Below the pieces are notes generated by a model, which searched no databases, was not told the DNA's origin, and saw only the letters and a program-made list of their open reading frames with translations. This document shows positions 24,470 to 35,697 of a stretch of 64,000 bases of DNA, piece by piece. The stretch is from Squalus acanthias (Eukaryota), in the NCBI GenBank assembly GCA_030390025.1, contig CM059432.1, positions 7,688,001 to 7,752,000 on the forward strand, in the 5' to 3' direction. Position 1 is the stretch's first letter. Each line of letters starts with the position of its first letter. The position numbers were made by a program, and so were the translations under genes.

Positions 24470-24955
24470 CAGGACTTCTGACCTTTCTTTACCAACATCA
24501 CATGGACCACGATGACTGGCTGCTCTCCCTCCGCCTGCCCAAACCCTTTTCCAGTCGGTGTGATGTGTATCTTACCCGAGGACTCAGGAGCTAACAAAGC
24601 ATCTGGGATTGTCAGTATGGACGTGTCAGCCCCGATAATTATTGAAACCTCTATCAGTGATGCATTTCTATCTGTATTTCTAATCCCCCCACTCCAAGCT
24701 ATCTCTTGTATGATTGCCGTGATTATCTCTCTGCCGAGGTGTGATAAAGGGCAGTTAGAAAGATTAACTGTAATCATCTGGCAGTGTTCTCTGACTATAT
24801 ATGCTGTGCCTATATGCATCTCTTCACTTCACCTGACGAAGGAGCAGCGCTCCGAAAGCTTGTGATTTCAAATAAAGCTGTTGGACTATAACCTGGTGTT
24901 GTGCGACTTCTCACATTTGTCCACCCCAGTCCAACACCGGCATCTCCACATCATT
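24470..24955 (+). mobile_element. Penelope-like element pseudo-LTR remnant
   Basis: TATATA, then a hammerhead core, AATAAA and CTGTTGGACTATAACCTGGTGTTGTG...CCAGTCCAACACCGGCATCTCCACATCA, which I recognise as a common elasmobranch PLE terminal repeat. Left boundary uncertain. Confidence 0.65.
24829..24865 (+). ncRNA. Minimal type-I hammerhead ribozyme motif (PLE-type)
   Basis: UCAC / CUGACGA / A / GGAGC-agc-GCUCC / GAAA / GC / UU / GUGA. Core intact, stems I and II pair, stem III is the palindromic AGCU. Confidence 0.72.
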
Positions 24956-24989
24956 GTATGATGGTGCCATTGATATTTGTATGATGGGT

Positions 24990-25360
24990 CTGTCCCGAGT
25001 TATTATTTTCCCCACAGCAAGTGACAGCTTCAAATCTGTTTGAGAGCATAAGTTGATCTGCGCCCATCTCTTTTTGTAACCTTTCCTTCCTGCCTGTCCC
25101 ACCCCTCAGCTAGTCGCCCAACGTTCTTCCTCCGCTGCCTGCTCACCGGTTTGACCGCGCTCTCAAACTCTCGTTCCGAAAGATGCTCTCCCTCCCTGAT
25201 GTGTCGGATTGTCTCCATCTCCTTCTCAAGCTTTGAGATTTGGAGCTTTGAGCAATGTGGCTTGGAGACTCCTCCCACAGCCAGGGCCGCACCCGGTGTC
25301 TCGCAGCTCACACATCTCGCAGCAACGGCACATCCACTGGCCCTTCCCGCGCTGACGGTG
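24990..25360 (-). pseudogene. CR1 ORF1 N-terminal remnant (Cys-rich and coiled-coil)
   Basis: GQWMCRCCEMCELRD, ISKLEKEMETIRHIREGEHL and LSNRFEA motifs in shifting frames. Confidence 0.6.
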
Positions 25361-25395
25361 CGGCGTTTAGTTCATTTGTTCTGCATTAAAGTTTC

Positions 25396-25655
25396 GGGCC
25401 TAGAAATTACAGCGCGCTGGACAACCTGCCGGTAACAGCGGCCGGCTGAGGCTAATGGCTGCCCGCCGAGAGAGAGCGCAGCGGAGAATTTGTGGCGAGG
25501 CGCGCTCTTTCCGGCGCTAAGCTCAGCAGGAGGCCGAAGGTCGCGTCTGTCTCCTGCCTGCAGTGAAGGGGAACGGGGAAGAAAGGAGCGAAGCTGTCGG
25601 CCATGTACGGAGCAGTTGCCGTATTTGCTACAACAATATTACCTGCCACCCGATT
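25396..25655. mobile_element. Harbinger-type MITE end fragment
   Basis: Begins GGGCCTAGAAATT, CpG-rich. Confidence 0.5.
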
Positions 25656-25656
25656 A

Positions 25657-26184
25657 TAAGAACACAAGAACATAAGAAATAGGAGCAGGAGTAGGCCAAT
25701 CGGCCCCTCGAGCCTGCTCCGCCATTCAATGAGATCATGGCTGATCTGATCCTAACCTCAAATCTAAAGAATACAAGAAGTAGAAGCAGGACCCGGCCAC
25801 TCAGCCCCTGGGCCCGCTCCGCCACCCATAGGGCCTCGACCGATCCGAACTCAGCCTCATGTCCAATTTCCTGCCCGCTCCCCGTAACCCCTAATTCCCT
25901 TTACCTCTAGGAAACTGTCTATTTCTGTTTTAAATTTATTTAATGATGTAGCTTCCACAGCTTCCTGGGGCAGCAAATTCCACAGACCTACTACCCTCTG
26001 AGTGAAGAAGTTTCTCCTCATCTCAGTTTTGAAAGAGCAGCCCCTTATTCTAAGATTATGCCCCCTAGTTCTAGTTTCACCCATCCTTGGGAACATCCTT
26101 ACCGCATCCACCCGATCAAGCCCCTTCACAATATTATATGTTTCAATAAGATCGCCTCTCATTCTTCTGAACTCCAATGAGTAG
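25657..26184 (-). mobile_element. CR1 LINE 3' fragment with a duplicated 3' UTR segment
   Basis: ORF 25857-26177(-) is intact. The UTR carries two related terminal motifs. Confidence 0.9.
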
Positions 26185-27206
26185 ATGTTTGTTGATTTTT
26201 TAATAGTTCGTGAAATGAATGCCTCTGCGTTCTCTTTAACACTAATCTTTCCCCAATGGTTACTTTTGAAAGTGTTTAAATGTGTAGTAATCCTGCCAGC
26301 TTTACATAACTCGACACAAAATAATTATTTGATGAATAATTGGTTATGGAATTTTGAATAAGTTAATTATAATTCCTTAAAATCTTAAGCAGTTGAGTCC
26401 AGATTTGCTTGGGGGTGAGGTTCTGGTGACGCTATCATAAGGAAAGAAGAGATCTTATCAGAGATGATCTTCAAACGTTGCGATGGAGTTCTAACCAATC
26501 CGATGCCCTTTAGGAATTTGGTTTTGTTTTATTTGCTGGGAATCCGCCGAGGGATTTGCAGTTTTGTGCAGGTGTTCAGTTCTGAACCAAAAGCTTGTTC
26601 CACAAGGTTTCACCCATTGATTTACTGACCCACAAACACTGTAGGCCTCCCGGAAAGCCGCCAGAAAATGCAATCTCCCGCCTCCCGCCCCACTGATGGG
26701 CAAAAAAATGAAAGTATAAAAGAACCTTGGCAAAGGTTTGAAGTTCCGGCATCCACCTGAGGTGTTTTCCACTTGTCAGCCTCCATCCTCGTCTACAATC
26801 TGCCAAGTCCTGCCAGACTCCTCATGGCCGCTAACGCCGCTGAAGCGCTTTTAGCGGCTGCACGCACGGGCGCGCGTTAGTGAGGGCGGCAAGAGGAGTG
26901 TCGAAATCCAAAATGGAGGAGTGGGCGTCAACTCGGCGTTGCACGTCGCCTGACGTCGCGCTCCAACTCATTGGAATACTTTCGGCGCGCGCAGGCAACG
27001 GCAATGGCAGCTGCCGCAGGGTCCGCAGTAGCGGACGATAGTGCGGCAACCGCCATTTTTTTAAAATCCCAATTGGGTGGTAATGGCCGGCGGTAAGACC
27101 TCGAATTATTAACCCTGGATACCTTACATATAATATCCGCTAGTCTACTGAGCATCAGCTTCCCCTTCGGCACCTAATTCCCACTCTTGCCAAATTCCCG
27201 TTGTTA

Positions 27207-27367
27207 GAAGGAAAGACTTGCATTTATATAGCGCCTTTCACGACCTCAGGACGTTCCCAAAGTGCTTTACAGCCAATGAAGTACTTTTTGAAGTGGAGTC
27301 ACTGTTATAATGTAGGAAATGCAGCAGCCAATTTGCACACAGCAAGCTCCCACAAACAGCAATGTGA
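27207..27367 (-). mobile_element. Deu-SINE 3' fragment
   Basis: Antisense tail. Confidence 0.85.
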
Positions 27368-27498
27368 GAATGGCGAAGTCCTTTCTCTCACTGTGTTCTC
27401 AGCTCATTCCAATACCAGCCCATTCCGTGATGTGCTGTACTCTCAAGCTGGAACTCTCGCAAGTACAGGCACCGAGAACAGCTAAAATAAGAAACAAA

Positions 27499-28390
27499 GG
27501 GGGAGAAATTCAGTATCGCCCCATTTGGGGCGCAATTATCGGCCGGGCGCAAAGATTAGCGCCTGGCGCTAATTATCGCCAGCGACTGCAAACTTGACTT
27601 TTATCGCCCCTGGAGGTGATTGGAGCGCTAAATCAGGCGCTTCACACTGTCTTAAGGCGCAAAGGGCGAGGAGCGAGGCACTACCTCAGAGCGCTGGCGA
27701 AGCTCATGTGATGTCAGTCAGCAATGGAACACACACACAATAGCGCGGGCCAGTTCTTAAAGGGGATGGTTAATCTTGCTTTCCATCCACATCCTGCTCA
27801 TTGCAGCCTTGAATCTCGGCCTGGAGAGACCTGCACATCAAATCTGCTGGAAAGAACAATGGAGAGTACCAGGCAAAGAGCTCAGAGTGCAGCCCCCACA
27901 GTCTCTTCTAAATCGATAAAAGGAATGGCAAATCAAAATGAACCTGCAAAGTGCTGCTCAGTACCCAAAACTCCTTCACACAACATTGAATCTCTCCAGA
28001 AGTCTCTCTTTCTCTCTCTCAGAATGCGTAGTTCAAAAATGGCACCAACAATAAAAGGCAGGAAGCGGTCACCTTTAAATAGCGCTCCCCCTTTCCCTTC
28101 ATGACTGCAGAACGCTCCCCTCAACCTGTCGTTGCTAGCGTCAGGCAGTAAGGCAGGGGGCGCCACTCAATATCCGCTCCGGGGCGCTACCGGGGCGTTG
28201 CACACTCGACTGACGTCACGATCTGCCGGCGCAGGAGATCGTGGCGGTAGTGTTTAGCGCCGCCGCAAAATGTCTAGTTAATTTCGCGAGCGGCGCAAAC
28301 TTCGCCGCGCCTGGGCGCTAGATGCTTTGCGCCCCATTAGCGCCCTCTTAAGGCGCTAACGGGAGGCGCAACCAACTGAATTTTTCCCCC
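27499..28390. mobile_element. Harbinger-type non-autonomous element (family M3)
   Basis: TIRs GGGGGAGAAATTCAGT / ACTGAATTTTTCCCCC, AAA TSD, near-identical inverted copy at 46669-47561. Confidence 0.9.
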
Positions 28391-28393
28391 AAA

Positions 28394-29103
28394 GGGCTTG
28401 AAATTGCGTAGCGCCCCAGTTGGGGCGATAACTTTTGCGGGCGCTACATAATTGATTCCGACGGGAACTTCCAGTTCAGCGCTCCAAGAGTGAAGTGGAG
28501 CGCTAAATCAAGCTACCACTTCCCTTAGAGCGTTAAAGAGAGCGAGAGGGGCGGTAGCGGCAGAGCGCTGCGCAATGTCCCGTGCAGCGCTGCCGGTTTT
28601 ACAGGCTCCTTCCCTCCCTTAAAGGGAAGGGCCAATGCTGCGGTCATTGAAGGCTAAGGCTGGGAATGGTCGTCGACGGCACCTGTGAGAGTGCAGGGCT
28701 GATCATTCGCAGGCTGGGAAAAAAATCAAAAATACAGCACACTGGGGACATTATTAAATGTTGGCCTAACTGACCACCACTGCCTTTAATTAGCGCTCCC
28801 CAAGCGACCAGCCGAGGTGACAACGCCTCCTGCAGCTGCCGTTGTTGACGCCCGGCGATGCTGCAGGCGGGTGGAAGCGAATTTTACATCCGGGGTGATA
28901 GCGGGGCGCCGCGCACCGGATGACGTCATGATCTCCGGGGGCGCAGGAGATCGAGGCGGTAAGTTTTAGCGCCAGCGCTAACCCGCCATGGAAGTTGGCA
29001 GGCGTCTAAAGTTTCACCGCGCCCGGTCGGTAAGCCCTTAGCGCCTTGTTAGCGCCCCCCGGAGGTGCTAATGGGAGGAGCTAAGGAGGCCAATTTCTGC
29101 CCC
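28394..29103. mobile_element. Related Harbinger-type MITE abutting M3
   Basis: GGGCTTGAAATTG...CAATTTCTGCCCC, flanks AAA/TAA, subterminal similarity to M3. Confidence 0.82.
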
Positions 29104-29169
29104 TAAGGCTGCTGTTAATTCAGTTAAAAGGTTAATGTAAAAGTGGTTCCTGAACCACTGTGGTAGCAA

Positions 29170-29890
29170 TGGGAAAAGCTTTTTCAGCTATATGAAGAGT
29201 CAAAGGCCCATGAAAGACTGTAAAGACAATGAAAGGCCGTTGAAAGATGCTCAGGGAATGGTGAAAAAGAATGTTCCAGGTATAGCGGAGATACTAAATG
29301 AGTACTTTGCATCAGTCTTCACTCTTGAAGACGATGCTCAACTGACAGAATTAAATGGTGCTGTTAGCAATAAAATTGTTAATATTAAAATAGATGAACA
29401 AACTTTTCTGGAAAGAATGAGGTATCTTACAATAGACAGGGCTGCCAACCCAGTGTGTGTCCTTGAGGAGATGGGACAGGTGCATGTGACTCCCTTGCCC
29501 GTATGCCAGATTTTGTTTGATAACGCTCCTGTGAAGCGGCTTGGGACGTTTTACTACGTTACAGGCGCTATATAAATGCAGGTTATTGTTGTTGTATCAT
29601 TGATAGCTGGCTGAAGTCTGGGTTTGGAAGGAGGCTAACTTAGTTCCAATCTTTGAAAAGAGGGATAAGGTAGAAGCAGGTAACTCAAAGCCCATTAGCT
29701 TGACATCAGTAATGGGTAACATGCTTGGGGGAATCATTAGGGGGTTGCACTGTACGACTACTTAGACAGAGAAGGCCATATCAGGGACACCCAATAGGGC
29801 CTCCGAATAAGAAGGCCGTGTCTTACCAATCTTTTTTAAAGACTTCGCCAGGATAGAGAAAGCTTTTGATAAGGTACCGCACACTGATAA
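29170..29890 (+). pseudogene. Old CR1 ORF2 remnant (RT N-terminal region), interrupted by an L2 tail at ~29505-29595
   Basis: EILNEYFASVFTLED, PISLTSVMG and KAFDKVPH motifs. Confidence 0.75.
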
Positions 29891-30449
29891 GGGACTGATA
29901 GTGCATGCAAAAATGTGTTACAATTCTGGAAATCAAAAGCTTTGCATGTATTTAAAGATCTAAAGTGGGTGCGGTGGGAGGGGGTTAACTAGCTCCAGCT
30001 TTCCACTAAGATAAACACAATTAGTTAAAATCCCTTTGTAAGGGTGCCTGTGTGGAATCATGGAAACATTTCCAGCCTGGTGACCTCCAATTTTGCTCAA
30101 TAACATTCTGATACACAATCTCGTATTAATGAAAGGAAATTGGCCTGAAACATTACAACAGAGCAGTTCATTATCTGAAGCACTCAGAAGGACTTGTCCA
30201 TTAAGAACAAAGCAATCTAAGCAGACATTGGGTTACAGTGTAACACAATCGTTTCCACTGCCTCTACAGTGACCAGAAATAGGAACTTTACATGGTCTGA
30301 AATACAAGTGGCCACTCGCTGCTCACTGAAGGGACACTGCGGTGCTGAATGCACCAGTGGAAGTGATAGGGAATTAATGGAATGGCCTAACACTGATTGA
30401 AGCTGACAGGGGGGACATAACATGAAAGTATCGAAGAGTGACTCTGTCT

Positions 30450-30535
30450 AAAGCAGAAACAGAAATTGCTGGAAATACTCAGCTGGGCGAGAGAAACACC
30501 AGTGAATGTTTCAGGTCGACGACCTTTTGTCTAAG
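30450..30535 (-). mobile_element. Short Penelope-type pseudo-LTR remnant with decayed hammerhead
   Basis: AAACAGAAATTGCTGGAAATACTCAGC...GTTTCAGGTCGACGACCT. On the minus strand a stem II (AGGTC/GACCT) and GAAAC remain, but the CUGANGA is mutated. Confidence 0.6.
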
Positions 30536-31127
30536 CCACTGAGCAAAGGAAAGCAGAGATTTAAGGATTTGTAATTAATAATTGATTGTGGCTGGAACCG
30601 ATGGTGTGCCCATGGTACTGGTGATAGATGAGGAAGGACACAAGGGCAGTGCGTCATTGGCAGACACCACCACTGCTAGATAATTTGTAAATACCAGGAG
30701 GGGCATAAAATTAAGATCACTTTTCCATTCCATTACTGGTGCACTGAGCAATGGCGCTCTAACTGTGTAACTGGAATTTAATATTTGAGTTATAACGGAC
30801 TTCCAATTTTCCAATCAGGTCAATGCTTTCTAATTAGCGTATTATTGTCAACATCATACTCCAAATAGCATGGAGATTATACTGGCCGTCTATCTAAATT
30901 TATTATTAATATATAATAAAGACTATAGGATTATTAACTTCCTGTCCATCACACATCACTATGGTGTCATGATTATTTATAAGCAATATCCTAGGCAGAT
31001 TTCATCTTATACTTGCTTATACTTCCAACTGAAAGCAACTTTCTTGTAGTTTATTGAGATGTATGTATTTTATTTACTGGATTCACTCATATACAAATTT
31101 CTTAATTGTCATAGATCACATTCACAG

Positions 31128-32095
31128 ACTGATACAGCACAGAAGGAGGCCATTCAGCCCATCGTGTCTGCGCCGGCTCTTTGAAAGAGCTCTCCAATTA
31201 GTCCCACTCCCCTGCTCTTTCCCCATAGCCCTGCAAATTTTTCCCCTTCATGTATTTAGCCAATTCCCTTTTGAAAGTTACTATTGAATCTGCTTCCACC
31301 GCCCTTTCAGGCAGCGCATTCCAGATCACAACAACTTGCTGCACAATCTTTTTTGCTCATGTCGCCTCTGGTTCTTTTGCTAAGTCTGCGTCCTCTGGTT
31401 ACCGACCCATCTGCCAATGGGAACAGTTTCTCCTTATTTACTCTAGCAAAATCCTTCATGATTTTGAACAGCTCTATCAAATCTCCTCTTAACCTTCTCT
31501 GCTCTAAGGAGAACAACCCCAGTTTCTATAGTCTTTCCACGTAACATGAAGTCCCTCATCCCCTGCTACGGTACCATTCTAGTAAATCTCTCCTGCACCC
31601 TCTCGAAGGCCTTGACATCCTTCCTAAAGTGCAATGCCCAGAATTTTTTTTTTTTTGATATTTGTTCCTGGGATGTGGGCATCACTGGCAAGGCCAACAT
31701 TTATTGCCCATCCCTCATGAAGGAGGTGGTGACAACTGAGTGTCTCGCTGGGCCATTTCAGAGGGGCAGTTAAGAGTCAACCACATTGCTGTGGGTCTGG
31801 AGTCACATATAGGCCAGACCGGGTAAGGACAGCAGATTTCCTTCCCTAAAGGACATTAGTGAACCAGATGGGTTTGTTACGACAATCTGATAGTTTCATG
31901 GTCAAACTTTCATAGCTTCAAGCTTTTTATTCCAGATTTATTTAATTAACTGAATTTAAATTCCCCAGCTGCCGTGGTGGGATTTGAACTCTCGTCTCTA
32001 GCTCACTAGTCCAGTAACATAACCACTATGCTACCGTACACCATGATGCCAGAATTGGCCACAATATTCCAGCTGGGACCTAACCAGTGCTTGAT
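31128..32095 (-). mobile_element. CR1 3' fragment split by SINE-B
   Basis: ATGC(C)CAGAATT is repeated on both sides of the insert (~31634 and ~32046). Confidence 0.85.
31646..32043 (-). mobile_element. SINE family B with LINE-B tail and poly(A)
   Basis: Antisense head, body and tail. Confidence 0.82.
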
Positions 32096-32796
32096 AAACA
32101 TTGAACAAGATTTGACAATCATTTTGGCTGCCATCTTCATCTTCTCAGCAACTGAAATATTATACTGCTAAAAAGAATGGCCTCGAGATTCTGGGTGGCA
32201 GGGATTGGGAGCATCGCCTGTCGGGAGGCAGGATCTGGGGCGGAATCCTTTTCTGCCAGGTGGCCAGGATTTAGAGCAGAGCCTGGTTCTGCCAAGATCC
32301 CATCCTGTGGAAGAAATTCCTGTCCGGGGGGGGGGTTCAGAGTGGGCAAGTCTTCCACCCACCCCTGCGTGGCTAACCCAGGAATTCCTTCACCAGTTGC
32401 GAGTTTGCCACGAGTTCCATTCGTGGTCTAAAAGAAAGAAAGAACGTACATTTATTTATAGCCCCAAAGTGCTTTACAACCAAAGAAACACTTCTTCCTT
32501 TGAAGTGTGGTCACTGCGGTAATGTAGTCCAGTAAACTACCGCAGGGGAAGAGGATTGATTACATTTCTGGTCACAGGCAACTGAAGAGGTTTAACGATT
32601 AAAACTCCCCGCAAGCATCTATGCCTCTAATTGCCAGCATACTGCAGTTTGAGCAGTGACAGCGTACAGAGCCTTGGTCAGACCCCATCTGGAGAACTAC
32701 CTTCATTTTTGGCCACCGAATCTCAGGAAGGAGATATTGGCTTTGAAGTGGGTGTAGCACAGATTTAGCGAGGCTGAAAGGGTTACCTTACGATTG

Positions 32797-33692
32797 CACA
32801 GTGTTCAGTTCCATTCGCAACTCCTCAGATAATGAAGCAGTCCATGCCCGCATGCAACAAGACCTGGACGAGGTTCAGGCTTGGGCTGATAAGTGGCAGG
32901 TAACATTCGCACCACACAAGTGCCAGGCAATGACTGTCTCCAACAAGAGAGAGTCCAACCCACCGCCCCTTGACATTCAACGGCATTACCATCGCCGAAT
33001 CCCCCACCATCAATATTCTGGGGGTCACCATTGACCAGAAATTTAACTGGACCAGCCACATAAATACTGTGGCTACAAGAGCAGGTCAGAGGCTAGGTAT
33101 TCTGCGGCGAGTGTCTCACCTCCTGACTCCTCAAAGCCTTTCTACCATCTACAAGGCACAAGTCAGGAGTGTGATGGAATAATCTCCAATTGCCTGGATG
33201 AGAGCAGCTCCAACAACACTCAAGAAGCTCGACACCATCCAGGACAAAGCAGCCCGCTTGATTGGCGCCCCATCCACCACCTTAAACATTCACTCCCTCC
33301 ACCACCGGCGTACCGTGGCTGCAGTGTGTACCATCTACAAGATGCACTGCAAGCAACTCGCCAAGGCTTCTTCGGCAGCACCTCCCAAACCTGCGACCTC
33401 TTCCACCTAGAAGGACAAGGGCTGCAGGCACATGGGAACATCACCACTGCCAAGATCCCCTCCAAGTCACACACCATCCTGACTTGGCAAGTATATCGCC
33501 GTTCCTTCATCGTCGCTGGGTCAAAATCCTGGAACTCCCTCCCTAACAGCACAGTGGGAGTACCTTCACCACACAGACTGTAGCGGTTCAAGAAGGCGCC
33601 TCACCACCACCTTCTCAAGGGTAATTAGGAATGGGCAATAAGATGCTGGCCTTGCCAGCGATGCCCACATCCCAGGAACGAATAAAAAAAAA
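32797..33692 (+). mobile_element. LINE family B (CR1/L2-group) 3' ~0.9 kb
   Basis: QQDLDEVQAWADKWQVTFAPHKCQ, ILGVTIDQKFNW, IYKAQVRSVME and IQDKAARLI motifs, plus A tail. Confidence 0.88.
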
Positions 33693-33949
33693 GTTGCATA
33701 AACTTGTTTTGTATTCCCTTGAGTTTAGATGGTTGCGCGGTGAGCTAATTGATGTCATTAAATGATAAAGGGATTCGATAAGTCAAATACAGAGAAACTT
33801 TTTCATCTTGTGGGGGAATCCAGAACAAGGGGGCACAATCTTAAAATTAGAGTTAGGCCATTTAGGCGTGAAATCATGAGGCACATTTTTCACACAAAGC
33901 ATAGTGAAAAATCTGAGGTGTCTAGAACAAAGGGACCTAGATAAAACAT

Positions 33950-34322
33950 TAGAATCATAGAATGATACAGCACAGAAGGAGGTCATTCGGCCTATCGTGC
34001 CTGTGCCGGCTCTTTGAAAGAGCTCTCCAATTAGTCCCACTCCCCCCCTGCTCTTTCCCCATAGCCCTGAACATTTTTCCCCTTCAAGTATTTATCCAAT
34101 TCCCTATTGAAAGTTACTATTGAATCTGCTTCCACCGCCCTTTCAGGCAGCGCATTCCGGATCATAACAACTCGCTGCGTGAAAAACGAAATTCTCCTCA
34201 TCTCCCCCTCTGGTTCTTTTGCCAATTACCTTAAATCTGTGTCCTCTGGTTACCGACCCTCCTGCCAGCGGAAGCAGTTTCTCCTGATTTATTCCATCAA
34301 AACCCCTCATAAATTTTGAATG
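33950..34322 (-). mobile_element. CR1 3' fragment
   Basis: ORF 34031-34225(-) and tail. Confidence 0.88.
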
Positions 34323-34401
34323 ATTGTGACGGGCGTATAAAAAGCGTACAGGCAGCTCGATCTGGTGTGCTTTTAGGCACTGTGTACATTTTGAGATCAG
34401 A

Positions 34402-34572
34402 ATGGAGAAGTATTTCAAGAGATTTGAACAGCTGAAAGAGTTTCTGAGAAGAATGAAAGCTTTGTACAGAGTATGTGATCTGCAAAAGTTCCTGACAGTC
34501 TATCAAAATAATAATGAGATGCAAACAGTATTTTCTCTTTGCTTGGCAGTGCAAGACACCCAAAACATCTGA
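34402..34572 (+). CDS. Candidate 56-aa small ORF or first coding exon in unique sequence (hypothetical)
   Basis: TATAAAA at 34336, AGAATGG Kozak context, possible donor GTATGT at 34471, AATAAA at 34668. No homology recognised. Confidence 0.2.
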   Translation: MEKYFKRFEQLKEFLRRMKALYRVCDLQKFLTVYQNNNEMQTVFSLCLAVQDTQNI

Positions 34573-34964
34573 ATCTAATCAAATGCTTTTGACAATTGTA
34601 GTATAAGTGTAGTTATTTCTTTTTCAGTTTCCCAACTCCAGAAAATGACAGTTACTGTACGAAATGTAATAAAATGTTAATTGAAAATGGTTAAATTCAG
34701 TCACTGAGGGAAAAGAAAAACCTTGGAATGTCCCCCTTTACAATTTCACTTTCCTCTTTCTCTGAAAGGTTTTGTTGCAGTTCACGTAAGCGCCAACGAT
34801 CTGGAGGCTGCATCTTTTTGATAATCTAAGCAGAGGAGATGATCTGAGAATTAGCAATTACTCTAATTACACTGATCTGCTAACTCAATTAAGCAGCCTT
34901 GCGAGAGGCAACCTGCCACTCTCTTCATAATGGTGAATATTGACCAGAATGGAATTGAATAGAG

Positions 34965-35280
34965 CTCCCCTGGCTGGAGAGTCTAGAACCAGGGGTCACA
35001 AGTCTCAGGATAAGGGGTCGGCCATTTAAGACTAAAATGAGGAGAAATACCTTCACTCCAGAGGGTTATGAATCTTTGGAATTCTCTGCCCCAAGAGGGC
35101 TGTTGATGCTCAGTCGTTGAGTACATTCAAGGCTGAGATTGATACATTTTTAGACTCTAAGGGAATCAAGGGATATGGGGATCAGGCGGCAAAGTGGAGT
35201 TGAGGTCGACGATCAGCCATGATCTTATTGAATGGCGGAGCAGGCTCGAGGGGCCATATGGCCGACTCCTGCTCCTCGTT
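34965..35280 (+). mobile_element. CR1 3' fragment
   Basis: GGAGAGTCTAGAACCAGGGGTCAC through to 3' UTR. Confidence 0.85.
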
Positions 35281-35697
35281 CATCCTGCACAATGGTAATT
35301 CTTCCACGGGAATTTCTGTAGCCCGTACGAGTTGGGCACTGTGCTTAAACAGAAAGAAAGATTTGCATTTATATAGCGCCTTTCATGTCCACCGGACGTC
35401 CTAAAGTGCTTTACAGCCGATGAAGTACTTTTTGAAGTGTAGTCACTGTTGTGATGTAGGAATTCTGGGCCGACCTCTCTTCCTGTTTCCACGCATTGGT
35501 TCACGGATGATGGTTGTTCAGCTGCTTCCTGTTTTGCTCTGAAGGGATGGCCCGCAAGTTTCAGCCATTATTACTGTTGTTATTCTGCCTCCATGTAATA
35601 TCTCACCTGGTCTTTCTGCTTGACACCTAAGGCTTTTCTCAATAGTCTTGTCTGAAGCTTTATAAACAACAACAACTAAGATATTTATTTACAATCA

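Noticed and set aside
27724..28104. 126-aa ORF conserved in two places
   Set aside because: The conservation is explained by two young copies of the same MITE. At most it is a vestige of a Harbinger gene start.
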